Assembly: GCF_006345805.1 (NCBI RefSeq)
Contig: NC_043004.1
Span: 36,828,001-36,892,000 of the forward strand
Direction of reading: 5' to 3'
Source: Octopus sinensis
Lineage: Eukaryota
Length of the DNA: 64,000 nt
A model generated the notes under the pieces. The model made no database searches, was not told where the DNA came from, and was given only the letters and a program-made list of their open reading frames with translations. A program made the position numbers and the translations under genes. Within the stretch, counting starts at the first letter, position 1. Every line of letters starts with the position of its first letter. This document shows positions 27,763-42,230 of the stretch, one piece after another.

Positions 27763-30700
27763 GCATACATATATGCATACATGCATATTAATGTAAGACA
27801 GTGAACAGTGATCAGAGGGAGATTTGGGTATTATTTCAACCAACCCGATCCACCACGTAGAAGCCACCCTTTTATCTGATTCCGTATTATCAATATTTCC
27901 GATGATAAGTTCATTTTTCTTGTCTAGTGAACTATTTTCACTGGTCCTTCGTAAGTGGGATAGTCTTCTCACGTTCTGTGCTGTTGTTACTTGTACTAGA
28001 TTACGGCTAGTGTACACAAACACAACAAAACATCTAAGAAATTTCAAGAAAGTTCTAGACAACCGAATTCCCCAACCACAGTTGAATGTGAAAAGATGGA
28101 TTGAACATATCCTAACCCCCCACCCCCCAAAAAAAAATCATGGCCCTCCTTAATTAACTTAGCATATATTCTGTCCAATCTATACCGCAAACATAAACAT
28201 CATAGCCAAGAAAATGAATCAGATTTCAGCTTCAAAATACACCCCCCCCATCTTCTCCTGAATACTAAAATATTAACAAAACACTAACACCACTCATTTC
28301 ATTTCAAAATTAACCAAATGGGTTGACCCGGAAGAAGCTGCAACAAAAATTATGCCAGTTTGCATCTGCAACAGCTCGTAATCTGTACAATGGAAACATG
28401 TGTAGGTTATAAAGACCATAAAAATATGCTTTATAAAATTGTAAAATAAGTGGAAATACATTTTGAGGATAAACAAGTCTCCATGTTCTATATCGTAATA
28501 ATTATTGCTAATTAATTATTAAGGTCATTTGTAATGGAACCAAAATACCAGCCTTTATTACTACTACCAGACAAGGAAGAGAGAAGGAAAGGGAATTGAA
28601 GGAGAGAGAGAGAGAGAGAGAGAGCAAGGAAGATAAATGAAAACGAGAAAACCAATCCTAACAGTTTAATAATTACCATTATACTAAGAGAGAAAAGAAT
28701 TTAGAATGATAAAAGATTAGAGATAGGGTTTTCGTGCTGAACGAGGGAAAAGGGCCCTAAAACATGCCTTTGGAAATCGTTGGAAGAGAATAAAGTACTG
28801 GAGTGATTCTTCTCTTTGTCTAACTTTTTTTGTGTCTGCCTCTTTCTGTCTTCTGAAAAGAATTGATTGAGATCATACCTAAAGAAGCATAGACTCCGCC
28901 AAATCTAAAATACCAATGACACACGGGATATCATATAGTACCCGAATGAATATATTAAAGAGTTGAGCGTCCATGGCATAGCATAGTTGCTGTTGCTTAG
29001 ATTCAACCCAATCCTGACAAGTAAACTCTTTATTGAAATTACAGCTGCGACTATTTTTTAGCAGACGCACAGTATGGTGGCTGATCTTCCCTTACTTCCA
29101 TAACAAGACTTATAACCAGCTTTGCAAAAATTAAAGAGTTTTCTTTCAGAATTTTAATTCCATAGTTTTATGGAATAATAATGCTGCCGTCGCTCAGTTG
29201 TGAGACACAGATTTGAAAGCCTAGGCGATGGATTCACGTCTCAGTTGCACTGAAATTTCCGACAAAGGTATAATTTAATCTGTTCGGAATGCACCCTGTC
29301 GCGAAATCTGCTTAATGATCATAAAGTGACGGGAGAGAATATGAAAATCGATATCATGATGGGTTGTCGCTCCTCCGAACATGAATCGTATCAACAAGCT
29401 TTATAACAATATGACTAATGTACGCAAAAACTCCTGTAAAAGGAGATCACTTTTAAAATTGAATCAATATCCTTTTCATGTTATTCCTGTTTACTCAGAT
29501 GAAAACAAAATGGAAATTAACTCTGCAAAGGACTGGCGCCGAGTCCAGTGTGGAGTCTTATACCCCTGTCGCCTAAACACATTGGAAACCTGGATAAACT
29601 TCAGCTTCATGAGCCTGAAAGCGCGAAGCAGTCGTTTTGTAAACTTGTCAGTGTAAACTATCACAATATCTAGTACTGGAAAAAAAATGCTTATAGACAG
29701 GCACTTCGTAAAACTTGGTCTCTGCTTATACATTCTAGAAGGGAAGACATGGCCAGAGCTCTTTCAGCCGACGGTTAAAGACAGTTGTGGGAAATTGAAA
29801 TAATGTTTATTGCAATGAGAAGATGGCTTGTACGGATATCAAATTGGAATTCATAATACATATAAAATTAAATATATTGGACAGCCCTAAAAATATTTCT
29901 ATATATTGTAACAGGCAATTGTGTGTGCTGGCTGATATTTTTCATTCAGAAATCCATTTTGATGTTCTAACATGAAATAATGCTTTTATCCTTGTACTGA
30001 ATGATAGCATTTAAAAGATATCCATTTTAGAAGTGTCACAAAGGTTTTCGAAACACCTAGCTTTTGGTGAAGAGTCAGGAATAATAATCATAAATATAAT
30101 GTCCAAAAATTTTATTTCCCAATAAAAATTATCTTGTAAAGGGATTTGAATAAATTGGAAAAAAAAGCTGAAAGCAAGTTTAAATAGTTTAACTTTCTAC
30201 GAATGACGTCAATGCAAATACTATCTTCCGAGCTGATAAAACTACCTAACAATTGAATCATATAACTAACGGTGAAGCCAAATACCATCCTATATTATCA
30301 GTTACACCGACTATCAGGTGTGAAAAACCATTTCCAAAAACACAGAAAAATGGTTTTCTTTTTTTTAATATTTACATTTTGTTATAAAGTTCTCTTTTAA
30401 ATACATTCATTTTCTAATATCTTTTGCGTTTCTCTGTATGGATTCTTAGTGATTAGTAGTACTTTAGTGTCTTCTTTTAAGGACAGATTTGTTGGAGAAT
30501 GAGGGAATACAATAGCATCAGTAACATTTATTGTACTTCGACTGCTGTTTAGACATTAATTATAGCAATGACAACTAAGTTAATGATAAGGTGCCAAAGT
30601 ATAACAACATAAAAAAAAATAATAAAAATCATCAGAAACGTTGCTACATTAGTCGTTCTAGTTTGTTTATATTTTCTTAATATCTAATGGATGGAAACAC

Positions 30701-31185
30701 TTTTTTTGTAAAGTTATGTATTAATTGCTTACAATAAGCTGTAATTTAGCTATAATTTGTAACTACAGATCCTTTAACTTTTAACATTATGTAAACGATA
30801 CTGTAACGGTAGAAATCAAATATTTTTATTGTCTTCAAATTGTAAGTTTGAAACAGAAACATGCTCACTTATGAAAGTTTGTTTCATTCTCACATATAAC
30901 GTTGATGGCTCAAGAAAGCGAAAAGTCTGTTGGTTAAACTGTCATAACAGAGGAAAAGTAAACAGCAAATAGAACATCATTGTTAGGCGACCTCTGTTAA
31001 TTAGGAATCGTGTAAAAGAACATAAGACTATGAGAGGTGAGAAACGCTTTGCATCGACCCTGTGGATCTACTGGCAGATAAAAAAGAGAAATGTTCTCAT
31101 AATATTCATGTAAGTACAATATTTTAAATCATTTGAACACAAGAGATCAAACAAAAACTTCGCACACCACAAACACAACACATAC

Positions 31186-31299
31186 ATAACGGTAGCGGTT
31201 GATAACGTCCTGTACACAACCGTCTTCCTTGCTACATTCTTCGTCACTTCTTCTGGTGGGGTCAACTTTAAACTGGCCCCTTCCTTTTGTAACATGCAT
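31186..31299 (-). CDS. Candidate first coding exon, product unknown
   Basis: Locally GC-richer unique sequence; ATG-initiated frame MHVTKGRGQFKVDPTRRSDEECSKEDGCVQDVINRYRY ends at donor TAT|gtatgt. An overlapping 83-aa ORF exists in another frame. Confidence 0.25.
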
Positions 31300-31950
31300 A
31301 AACCAAAACACAGACGCATCTCAACCCACCAACATGCTTAGAGTCGGCTCAACATGATCATCGTTTATTTATGAACAGCAAGAGCAAGCTGAACTTTTAG
31401 TACAGCTCATTATTTACAGCTTTTAATACCAAGTTCTCAGGTCTCTTCCCAGTTAAATGCAATGCAGAACGAGGACGCGTCTTGCTTACATTTCTTCAAA
31501 ACACTTATTACATTTATTTATTATATCTATTACATGATTGGAAGACTTGTTCTCTTGGGGAACTAAGATTATTACTGTTATCTATTTTATGCAATATTTC
31601 ATGACTATCGAAGCTAGCCTTAGAAAAACAAACTTAACCCATTACTTTTAAACTTTTACAGATGATTGAAAATAGGTTAAAAGGAAAAAAATTAAAACTC
31701 CTATACTTCAAATAGAAACGGAAATACTCAGTATCGTATAAATAGGACACTGACACGATGTGATATAGCTTATTTAATGTTCCCGTTTAGTGTCCTATTT
31801 ATAAGACAGTGAGACTTAATGGGTTAATAAACCACTTTTGTCCCTGAAAGTTTTTTTATATTTCCTACAGATTCCTTGAAGCTAACTTTTTTCCTACACC
31901 TCGATACTTGGATGTTACATATATATATATATATACAGAGAGGCGTGGAA

Positions 31951-32070
31951 GCACGTGACTTAGTAGTTAGTATGTTGCACTCATAATCGTAGGATTGCTG
32001 TTTCGACACCTGGCTCGCACAGCACGTCGTGTTAGTGATGAAATCACTACATATGGTCCTTTGCTGAAGA
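31951..32070 (+). mobile_element. Degenerate tRNA-SINE head, family C-like
   Basis: GCACGTGACTTAGTAGTTAGTATGTTGCACTCATAATCGTAGGATTGCTGTTTCGACACCTGG resembles the 15674 head in reverse orientation; follows (TA)n. Confidence 0.55.
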
Positions 32071-34540
32071 CAAAAGGCAGGACTCATGTCTTCACGGAGT
32101 CTTCCTCTGACACTACTTCCCAGGGAATTAATGATGTAACATCTAAACTGACGAATTGAATCCATACCTTTTAATTAGTTTAATAAGTGATTTAACTCAT
32201 TTTCATTATATTGATCGCGATAGTATATTTGAGTTTTGTTCGCTTTTTACTTCTTCTGTAAAGGCTAGGTATAACGATAAAAACACCGATATATTCGAAC
32301 GTTCGAAGCTGATAAAATACACACACAACATATATATGAATGTATATCTGCATATGCAATATATATAATTGATTATATATACTATAATATAAATATACAC
32401 ACACATATGTATAATTAATAACAATTATAACAAGCACACACACACACATATACAGATATGAAGCTACGTCAAAATAAGACGTTGCTCTGGTCAACAGTCA
32501 CACAATTTCACATGACTTGTTTTCTAAAGTTTTGTTTCATGTAAAACCTGTAAAAGGTCAGTAAGTTTTCTTTTACTAATTACTTGGACAATATAAATAA
32601 TCAATCTAATTAACGAATTTGTTCGAAATTATGTTTTGACAAATGTGTTCAAATATCATTTATAAATCATTCAAAATCTTTTGATAATTGAAAAAGTGTA
32701 GCTCTTTTTAATTAAATCTTTAGTTTTCTATCTTAAAAGCGGCATAAGTCGGTTAAACATGATACTCGAGTAAGTTGTAATATTTTCCTAGTAGCCACAT
32801 GAAAACATTTACATAACAATCATGTTGCGAGATCCTGGAATACATTTTCTCACACAACTTGTACACAAGCAGATGATATCTATTGTTTTTGAAATTGACC
32901 TGAGGAAGATGATTTTTAATGAGTTATTTGCTAGCGTAGCGAAAGAGATCAAAGGAAAGTAAAAACAATTAATTCTAAAGTAAATTGTTAGAGGTGATAA
33001 CATGATGAAACAACAAACAAATCGATAGAGGGAACTACAGGGGTTGTTTTGCATATCAAAATAGCTACGTTCTTCTCGAGCAGGAATCAATTCGTACCAA
33101 ACCATTCCAGAGATCAAATACAATACAAGTAAATCTAAATTGGTTTTATATACAACAGAGTTAACAAGAATTACTTTAAAAAGCAAAAATATAATAGAAT
33201 CATATACTTCAATAGTTCCAGGGATTCTGAAAGACCTGCAGTTTCTGGTGATTTTACAGGAAGTAGAGCTTCAATAACTATTTCTAAAAGTCGAGAATCA
33301 ATACAAGATTTTTTTTGTAAGAATTCTTTACTGTATGAGTGATAGGATTTGATCAACAAATAATGCGGCACACGTATACGTAAGATACAGATTGCCGAAA
33401 CAATACATAAAATTACAAGACAGAGACATCTGGTGCAAATCGATGAAGATTATTCAACAGATAATCATACATTTTGCGATATCCTTTAGGCAAGGGGATA
33501 ATAAAAACCAGTTGTAAGAACTCGGTATACTTTTGCTTGAAAGTGAACCATCAACTGAATCTAGAACGTAATGTCAATGAATGAATGCCAAAAATACATG
33601 AGTGTCTGTGGTATCTGTCTGTCGACCTTTAAATTTGGGTAGATCAATGCTGACAATATGATGTCATAATGTCAATGTTGCATCGCTATATAACTTATCT
33701 CACCTTAGACATATTCATGGATGCATGCGCACGCGTGTATTTCATGTTATTAAATGGTATGTGTTTTTGGCTCTGGGTTAGAAGCTCTCACTTTCTTTTG
33801 GATGGTTAATTTCCTCGACAAACACCCACCCCTTTTTGAATTGGTTACAACGAAAATGATATAGTGATGAAACATTATAATAGTTTTAAGTAACAGCATC
33901 AAACATAGTTGTAATCATAATTATCAACACATGCTAATATGTGCCCTTGTACGAATAGAAATTAGCAACCAATAATGAGATTCTTTCTTCAAAGTGTTGA
34001 TACATAGTTAATTGCTAACAATGAATATAGTTAGGAGTATTTGATCTGAAGATGATAAGAATCGAAGTTAATTTCATATCGATTTTTCGTAATATTTTAG
34101 TTTATAATCTGAATATTTGATCGAAAAAATATTAAATAATGAACAAAGACGAGTGAAACAAGATATGTATCTGAAAATAATATGCATTGTCTGGAAATAT
34201 GACGACATTGGTACAAGAAACATGAAGACACGTACGTCACCATTTACCATTTATTGCAAACGATTTTGAACAAAAACATCCTCAATGTGGAATATATAAA
34301 TTATCTAATCCGCCACCACATTATCAATGTTCACACTACACTCACACGTAAAGTTTTAGAAGTAACACGGTTATAGATATCACACATATTCCATTCTTTT
34401 TCTTATAGAATTGTAATCCATTTTTACTGATTTTTTTCAAAAGGGAAAAACTAAAAACGGAAAATACGTTAAATAGTATTGTTACATTTGTTAAAAAATA
34501 CAACAGATTAAGAAATTTCATTTCAATATTTCCTTATATT

Positions 34541-34730
34541 AAGATGGCGAGTACGGTGACAATACTCAACGGCATTTCATCCGTTCTTACATTCAAATTC
34601 CGCCAAGGTCGACTTTGCCTTTCATTCTGTCGGGATCGATAAAATAAGTATCAGTTGAACACTGAAGTCGTTGTAATCGACATACCCCCTCTCCGAAGTT
34701 GCTGGCTTTGTGCCAAAATATGAAACTAAT
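34541..34730 (+). mobile_element. SINE family A, internally deleted, tail type 3
   Basis: Core TTCAAATTCCGCCAAGGTCGACTTTGCCTTTCAT...GATCGATAAAATAAGTA, then CCCCCTCTCCGAAGTTGCTGGCTTTGTGCCAAAATATGAAAC. Confidence 0.8.
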
Positions 34731-35145
34731 ATTTCCTTGTATTGTCGCTGCTCTTTATGTAAGCTGAGATTAGTTTCGTAGAAACTCAAAAATGGTAAAG
34801 ATTTTATTGTTATGCTGTTCTCACATAAATCGTTTTCTGTGATTCTCTATTAAAAGACAGAGAAATTTGCAAAAGTTTTATTTACAAATTATATTTATTA
34901 TCGGATGTGAACTGATTGTTAAATTAATTGGATTTCAGATGAATTCTTAAAACATAATTCAGATTAATTTATAAAATATTTCAATTCTCAAATCAAATAA
35001 GAAATATTAAACTCGTAATTAGACTAACATTAAACTAGTAAACGCCTCGAAAAGTAGTTCATCGACATATATGGAATACGTTGCTTCACATAAAATATCA
35101 ATGTTTGTGTGCGCGCGTGTGTGTGTGTGCATGTGCGTGCGTTTG

Positions 35146-35186
<41 letters not shown>

Positions 35187-35403
35187 GAGTGTGTGTGTGT
35201 GTGCGTGCAGACAGAGATATATATCAATATTACCCTGCATCTACTTCAGAGTTACCGACAAAATAAATGAAATGTAAAATTAGCAGAAACAGTTTAATCG
35301 TTAAAATTGAATGAGGTCACAGGTGTTCTTCGAAGGATTGTGTGTGTCTTATATACAGTTGTGTATATATCTATATCTATATTTATATCTATATCTATCT
35401 CTA

Positions 35404-35510
<107 letters not shown>

Positions 35511-36343
35511 CATGCATGTGTGTATATACATGTGTGTATATAATTTATATATTTGTGTATGTGTGTGTGATACACATAAGGGTTAAATAACACTTCTGCA
35601 ACCAATGTGCAATCGTGTGCCAGTCAATCTAAGAACGGATGTTATTAAAACGGATCCTTTCTGTTTATTTCCCTCCTTACTTCCTGGAATTAGTTTTCTT
35701 TTCATCGCTGACATACAGAAAATAAATATTATTTAAGTACTATTACAGACTTACTTAAACCTGCCCACTCATCTAAATACTTTGACTTTCACTGTTTTAT
35801 CTCTGCAAGTGCCACATATTGTGTCAATATCTAGGAAATTATATTTATTTTCTCTATTTACGACGTTTATTAATCAATAGTCAATAAGGTTTTAGATTGC
35901 GATGATATTACTTGTAAAATTATTGTTGCTTGTTGTTGTTGTTGTTGTTATCATCATCATTACTATTATTATTATCTTTGATATTTATTATGCGTGGATT
36001 TCAAATACATTGTAGATGTTATTGAGATACATAGCAGATCTTATCAAATTTACAGCTTTCACTAAAATCTCAATTAATAATGATTAAATCGTTCTTGAAC
36101 GCTTTAAACATGTCTAATTTGAGAAGAAATCAATAAATACACCAGATAGATTTCCAGATGAAAACCTTATCATTTTGGACTAAATTTTCCCCGTCTTCCC
36201 TATCATTTAGTAAAATGTGCAGCATGTCAATAGATATAACAGCCAATCAAGGACTTGAACTTTTATTGCATGCTGCACTTAATAGAAATGATTAAATTTA
36301 TAATATGAAACTCGCCAAACATTTAAGAAGATTCACGTTTTAG

Positions 36344-36382
36344 GTAATGGACTAAGTGCATTCAATCCCGAAGGTCAGAAAG
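36344..36382 (+). CDS. Candidate symmetric phase-1 micro-exon (GNGLSAFNPEGQK)
   Basis: cacgttttag|GTAATG...CAGAAAG|gtaagt; 39 nt, open frame. Confidence 0.25.
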
Positions 36383-37133
36383 GTAAGTAATAACTATCGA
36401 AAAGCAAAACTACTAGTAAAGATTGCAGAGAAATGATTCAATTATCAAAGAGTAACTTAATAAGTGATTCTATTTTCTCATTAGAATTTCTGGTATCTTG
36501 CCCGATAAATAAGTGTTTTGTCAGTCAGTAGTTTGGCATAAAGATGATCTCGCTTGCAATCATTAACGTTCCTTAATTTTTCCATTTTCAAATGTTTTAT
36601 TTGTTCCTTTGTTTTTTTTCCTTCGTTAATTGAATGAACGATGGGAGATAAAATGAGATTTTATTTTCGTTTTCTGATTTTCAATATGCAGCGAGTAAAT
36701 CGCATAATTTCGAACTTGCAAACATTCCAAGATATTTTTTTCTCTTTTAATATTATCAAGCTATTAGTAGTGAGGGACGTAGTGCTACTAGTGGAAGGTC
36801 ATATTGTAGTTTCATATGTAGGTGGAAGTCAATTTATATTACTTAATCTGAACATAGCATTAGTAAGAGAGGAAGGCTAACATCTCAAGACTAAACTTAC
36901 CCGTCTTTAAAAGTATAGAGATGTGATGATAAACGTTTCGGTTAAGTTCGTAATAAAATGTGTTATATCAGGTGAATATTTACTAACAAGCTGAAATCTG
37001 TGGATCATCTCTAATAATATAATATAACCACCTTTAAATTACCTCTGAAATTAAAATCTTATACGTATGCGATTTTGGTGTCATTCGATTGTGTTACACA
37101 CAATATTGCAGATAGAAGTTACCTAGTTTCCAG

Positions 37134-37208
37134 TGCAGCTCGCTGTAATTGCAGAGAGTTCAAAAGGTACAATCCAACAATCGACAAACGCGAATAGACC
37201 TCGCTCAG
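37134..37208 (+). CDS. Candidate symmetric phase-1 exon (VQLAVIAESSKGTIQQSTNANRPRS)
   Basis: ctagtttccag|TGCAGC...CGCTCAG|gtaggt; 75 nt, phase-compatible with 36344-36382 across a 751-bp intron. Confidence 0.25.
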
Positions 37209-39173
37209 GTAGGTAAATTCGCCAGCAATAATGAGTTTTTAGTGTGAATGGAAAGAGAGGACAGTTAAAGTTGCACAGCTAAAGTGGTCGACTAACGGTA
37301 AGATCTTCAAATATTCCTCTCCAAGTCGGTGATCTGAGAAATTGTTTTCGATCGAAATGCCAGTAGTTGCCTTTGTATAAGACTTTTTCCCTGCCATTCT
37401 GAAAGGATTGATCTTCATCAGCCGATAGCCGATACAAAGCCTCCATTGGGAGAGATACAGAGAAGGACGGTGTATATTTCATCCCTTTTGACTGTGATAG
37501 GAAACATAAAAATGAAATGACCTTCCCCTATAAAGTAAGCATCAAAAACATCATTTTGCAGAAATCCACGGGGATACAGAGATGTCAATCTTTGCTGATC
37601 ATTTGTGGAGCAAAAAGTAAAGTCACTAACTTTTGTGGAAGAACGTCAGGAAAACAGGGGCCAATACTATAAGTTAAAACAACTGAAAGAATCCACAAAA
37701 AAGTTGGACTTTAATAATCTTCTCAATGGAATGGGTGTTTATAGTTCCTTATTTGCAGTAGTTAAGTATTTGTCATATAAGACAATGGCTGAGTAACTAA
37801 TGATTAAATATTAAGGGTTGTAGTTTATCTGATGGATAGGAGGGAAATCCGTACGAAAGTGAATCTATATATATTCTGCGTGTAGAAGAAAAAGCAAGCG
37901 GCATCACAAGATGAAGAATAATTACAAAAAATATACGCCAAGTACGAATAACGGAGACTGAATAAAGAGTTTGTTTCCAACTTACGATAATCTTGCCGTC
38001 TACAGACACGAAAAGCAAGTGAAAAAGCTAGAAGAGTAAAACAGCCGAAACGTTCTGACTATAACAACAAAATTGAAGATATTTTTCCGAATATTATCCC
38101 TGTCTAACATATGTGAGTGTTTATGTATGTCGGTAATGTGAAACACCACACAAAAATAAGAAAGCGTGGGTTAAATACTCTAATGAAAGGAAGATGAGAA
38201 AAAACAGGGATCTCACAGGCAACAATGACAATTTCTTAGGAAAAGGCACATATTTCAACATGATACACAGAAAACAAACAAAATCCTTCGCCCAAAAAAT
38301 ATATACGATGCAACCAGAGAGATGATTGCATTCCAAGTTCACTTAGTCCTTGACTGTTCCACCTGTCATGCTCACATGGTAGCCCCCGACAGGTTGTTTG
38401 CACTGTACTGGAGGAAAGTTTCCACTTCCCGCCAACGACCTACGCTGTTATCCGAGATTTCTATTCAGAAAACTGAGGCGACCATATTTTGAGTGTCACG
38501 TGGTCAACTGGTTTTCACAAATCTTGGCGAATATAAATAGTCATCTCTTTAACATTTAGGGTTTGTACATGAATATCGCACAGACCACTCGTCTCTACCA
38601 CCTTCACCTACTTGCCAGGGTCCTCGTCTACCCACTGAAATTGTTTATGATTATGCTCACGAACTGACGGGCGACCTCGGCCACGCTCAAGCACTTTAAG
38701 AATGTCACTTTCAGTTGGTCATTGACAACACACTTTATCTCGAGATCTCCACCTCTTTTCCACCCTTAATGATATGAACGTCCTGGCAAGAGCAACGTAC
38801 AAAGTCTACCTGGGGTGAAAGGAGTATGGAAACTTGAATGTCCACAAAATTCATTTTATAGTTATATACAACATATTATAGAAACCTACACGTGTTTCGG
38901 CTGCACTTTTGCAAATGCAAGCTTGCAATATTGTTGGTGCAGCTTCATGAAGGTCCATCTATTTGTTCATCCTCAAAGGGAACTGATTAAAATAAAACCA
39001 GAGGTTGGGGGTGTTGTTTTTAGGTAGTGCTGTTATTATTTATAGGCATGTGCTGTTGACCTCAACTTCACCCCAGTTGCTGACCTACACCTGTAGGTAA
39101 TTATATGTTGCATATAACCATAATATAAATTTTGTGGATGTACAAGTCTCGATACCCTTTATTATATATATAC

Positions 39174-39244
<71 letters not shown>

Positions 39245-39489
39245 ATATATACACAAACACACACAGAGATACGGTTACGTGTGCAATCACGTATTAAATA
39301 TATGTGTACCCCTATTCCTAATTTTCTTTATGTAAAGGGCATTTATCAATATATGTGTATACATATAGCGAGGTTTCAGTATGCACGTGCACACAAATAT
39401 GTTTGTTATGTGTACATGTGTATGTCTAACCAATCATATACACATATATACATGCACACACTCATACATAAGCATATTTAAGTGTTTCA

Positions 39490-39563
<74 letters not shown>

Positions 39564-41047
39564 CATGAGTCTATGTACAGCTGGGAATGGTTTCTCTATG
39601 CGTGCCTCTGAGTATCTGAGTAACTCTGGGAAGTAAAAATAAAATTCAAACCGCCTCCCCGCACGTTTCTCATGTAAAAGCAACAATATAAAGCTAAACA
39701 AATCTAATTATTTGTCAAAATAAATGTAAAATGTTAAAAAAGGGAACGCTCTTCCTTTTTTATTTACAGTTACATTTTAGCTTTTGTTTCATTTGTTTTA
39801 TGAAGTTGCTTTAGCATGTAAAAGGCTTTTTTGGCTGTGAAATTTACCGAGTTATCATCGACTGCGAGCGCGTGCACAAGAAGGGTTGGGTGTGATGTAA
39901 TTGTACCGAGTGACATGCGAAAGCATCATGCAATTTATACTTTCTGTACATACTACTAAGAATTCTTCAAGCAGTGCTTCCAGAATATGCTAATTCTGCA
40001 TCATTTGACAACAACGCCTAAACAGATTTGATTTGGACAATGAAACAGTTGAAGCGGGGTTGGCTCAGTGTTAGGCAGGACCTCTCTTAATAGTGAAGAA
40101 TGACGCTCAGGAGAAGCAATCCGCTGTGGTACATGATCAAATGTTTTTAAATAATTATGGCTTTTTCTTCTACTCCACTAGAATGGGGTGGAATATAGGT
40201 TTACTAAATCTTCATAGCTAGGATTATATCGATAAATCAAGGAAATCAAAATGGACAGTAAAGGATTAAAATGGCAGAAAAATACCTCGGAGAAAGTCTC
40301 TGAGGAACATTTTTGTTAGAATGAATGATTGGGACTTGTTTATAGTGATCAAACTGAGAGTGTCGTTCTCTTAACGTAGGAGTTTAGCATACAGAAAACA
40401 AGCAATAAAGCAGCGGAATTAGGTATGGTAGCAGAAGACAGGACTAAGAAATAAACCGTTGGAAGGTTGTCAAAATGTCCGTATGGCTTCATAGGGATTT
40501 CCTTTATAATATATATTTTTCACATAATACGAGAATATTATATGAATAATATACACTTCGTATAATACATAAATGGAACTGTTCTTTATTGTGATATCTT
40601 TTTTCTCTGGCTCTATTTTATGCTATTCAGAAAAAATAATATTTGATAAGTTTTCGCTGCAATTAATAAACTCAGGAATTTTAAAGATGAATGTTTTATA
40701 TTTTTAAGACTTTTAAGATTTGAATCATTGATTGAATGGGAATGATTTGAATTTCTATTTTAAAATGGTTTTTCTTTCTTAAACTAATGAGTCGTTCATG
40801 TAATCTCCCTGCAAAAGTTGACAATATATAAACAAATGTTCTTCATTTAGCAGATTTTTTTGTAAAATAAAATTCTATGACAAAGAATAATGTCCAATGC
40901 ATGAAAGGAAATAAGAAATATGTACAAAATTTACTTTACTTTTTGACAAGTAAAAAACAAATTCTCCTTTATTTTCATTCCTTGCTGAGTTGCGAGCTTC
41001 AATAATTTCCCCAATCAAAGAAGACCACGCTCATTGCGAAATTTATT

Positions 41048-41231
41048 GAGCGAAATGCAATGCGGTATTTCGTCTGTCTTTACGTTCTGAGTTTAAATTT
41101 CGCCGAGGTCGACTTTGGCCTTCATCCTTTCGGGGTCGATAAATAACGTACCAGTTGCGTACTGCGAACAATCTAATCGACGGGACCCCTCCCCAAAAAT
41201 TTCGGGCCTTGTGCCTAGAGTACAAAAGGAT
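41048..41231 (+). mobile_element. 5'-truncated SINE family A, tail type 2
   Basis: Family A core followed by GGGACCCCTCCCCAAAAATTTCGGGCCTTGTGCCTAGAGTACAAAAG. Confidence 0.85.
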
Positions 41232-41360
41232 AGTTATTGGACAACTTCAGTTTACTATTCATTTTTCCTGACATTTAGATGCCAGCAATGGACATGCACT
41301 TATGACCATCTTAAGTTATTTATAAGTAGTCTATAACAATCTTCTTTGTCCCTGGGCCGA

Positions 41361-41563
41361 TACATGTATATATATATATATATATTATATATATATATAT
41401 ATATACATGTGTGTGTGTATGTATATATATATGTGTGTATATATATATATATTATATATATATATATAGATAAATGAGTGCATATATATATATATGTATA
41501 TGCATATATATATATATATATGTACATATATATGTATATATATATGTATATATATATATATGC

Positions 41564-41612
<49 letters not shown>

Positions 41613-41622
41613 TATATAAATG

Positions 41623-41655
<33 letters not shown>

Positions 41656-41666
41656 ATACATATATA

Positions 41667-41729
<63 letters not shown>

Positions 41730-41740
41730 ATATGTATATA
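41361..41740. repeat. Long interrupted (TA)n array, G-interrupted on the + strand
   Basis: Seen directly. Confidence 0.95.
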
Positions 41741-41860
41741 TTGTTTCATCTTCTGTGATTTTGTGCATCCGTATTCTATAGATGAGAAAAGGCATTGTTT
41801 CGTTATGTGATTAAATGTTCGAGATGTGATGTTAAGTGGATAACCTTAAATTTGTTTGTT

Positions 41861-41882
41861 ATACCTATATATATATACATAC

Positions 41883-41914
<32 letters not shown>

Positions 41915-41948
41915 TCCTATATATATATATATGTATATACATACATAT

Positions 41949-41979
<31 letters not shown>

Positions 41980-42173
41980 CATACATATATAGACCTATAT
42001 ATATATGCATATATATACCTATATATTTACATATATATATGCATATATATACCTATATATACATATATATATATACATATACACACATATATATACATAT
42101 ATACACACATATATGTAGACATATATATTCACATATATATATAGACATATATATTCACATATATATATATAGA

Positions 42174-42226
<53 letters not shown>
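41861..42226. repeat. Long interrupted (TA)n array, C-interrupted on the + strand
   Basis: Seen directly. Confidence 0.95.

Positions 42227-42230
<4 letters not shown>

Noticed and set aside
29499-29656. Plus-strand exon or LINE RT fragment (LETWINFSFMSLKARSSR)
   Set aside because: Strong acceptor but poor donor, and the RT similarity is too faint to call by eye.
38350-38810. Tx1/L1-like LINE remnant (similar weak signal at 49900-50250, minus)
   Set aside because: Only fragmentary, frameshifted resemblance; needs a profile search.
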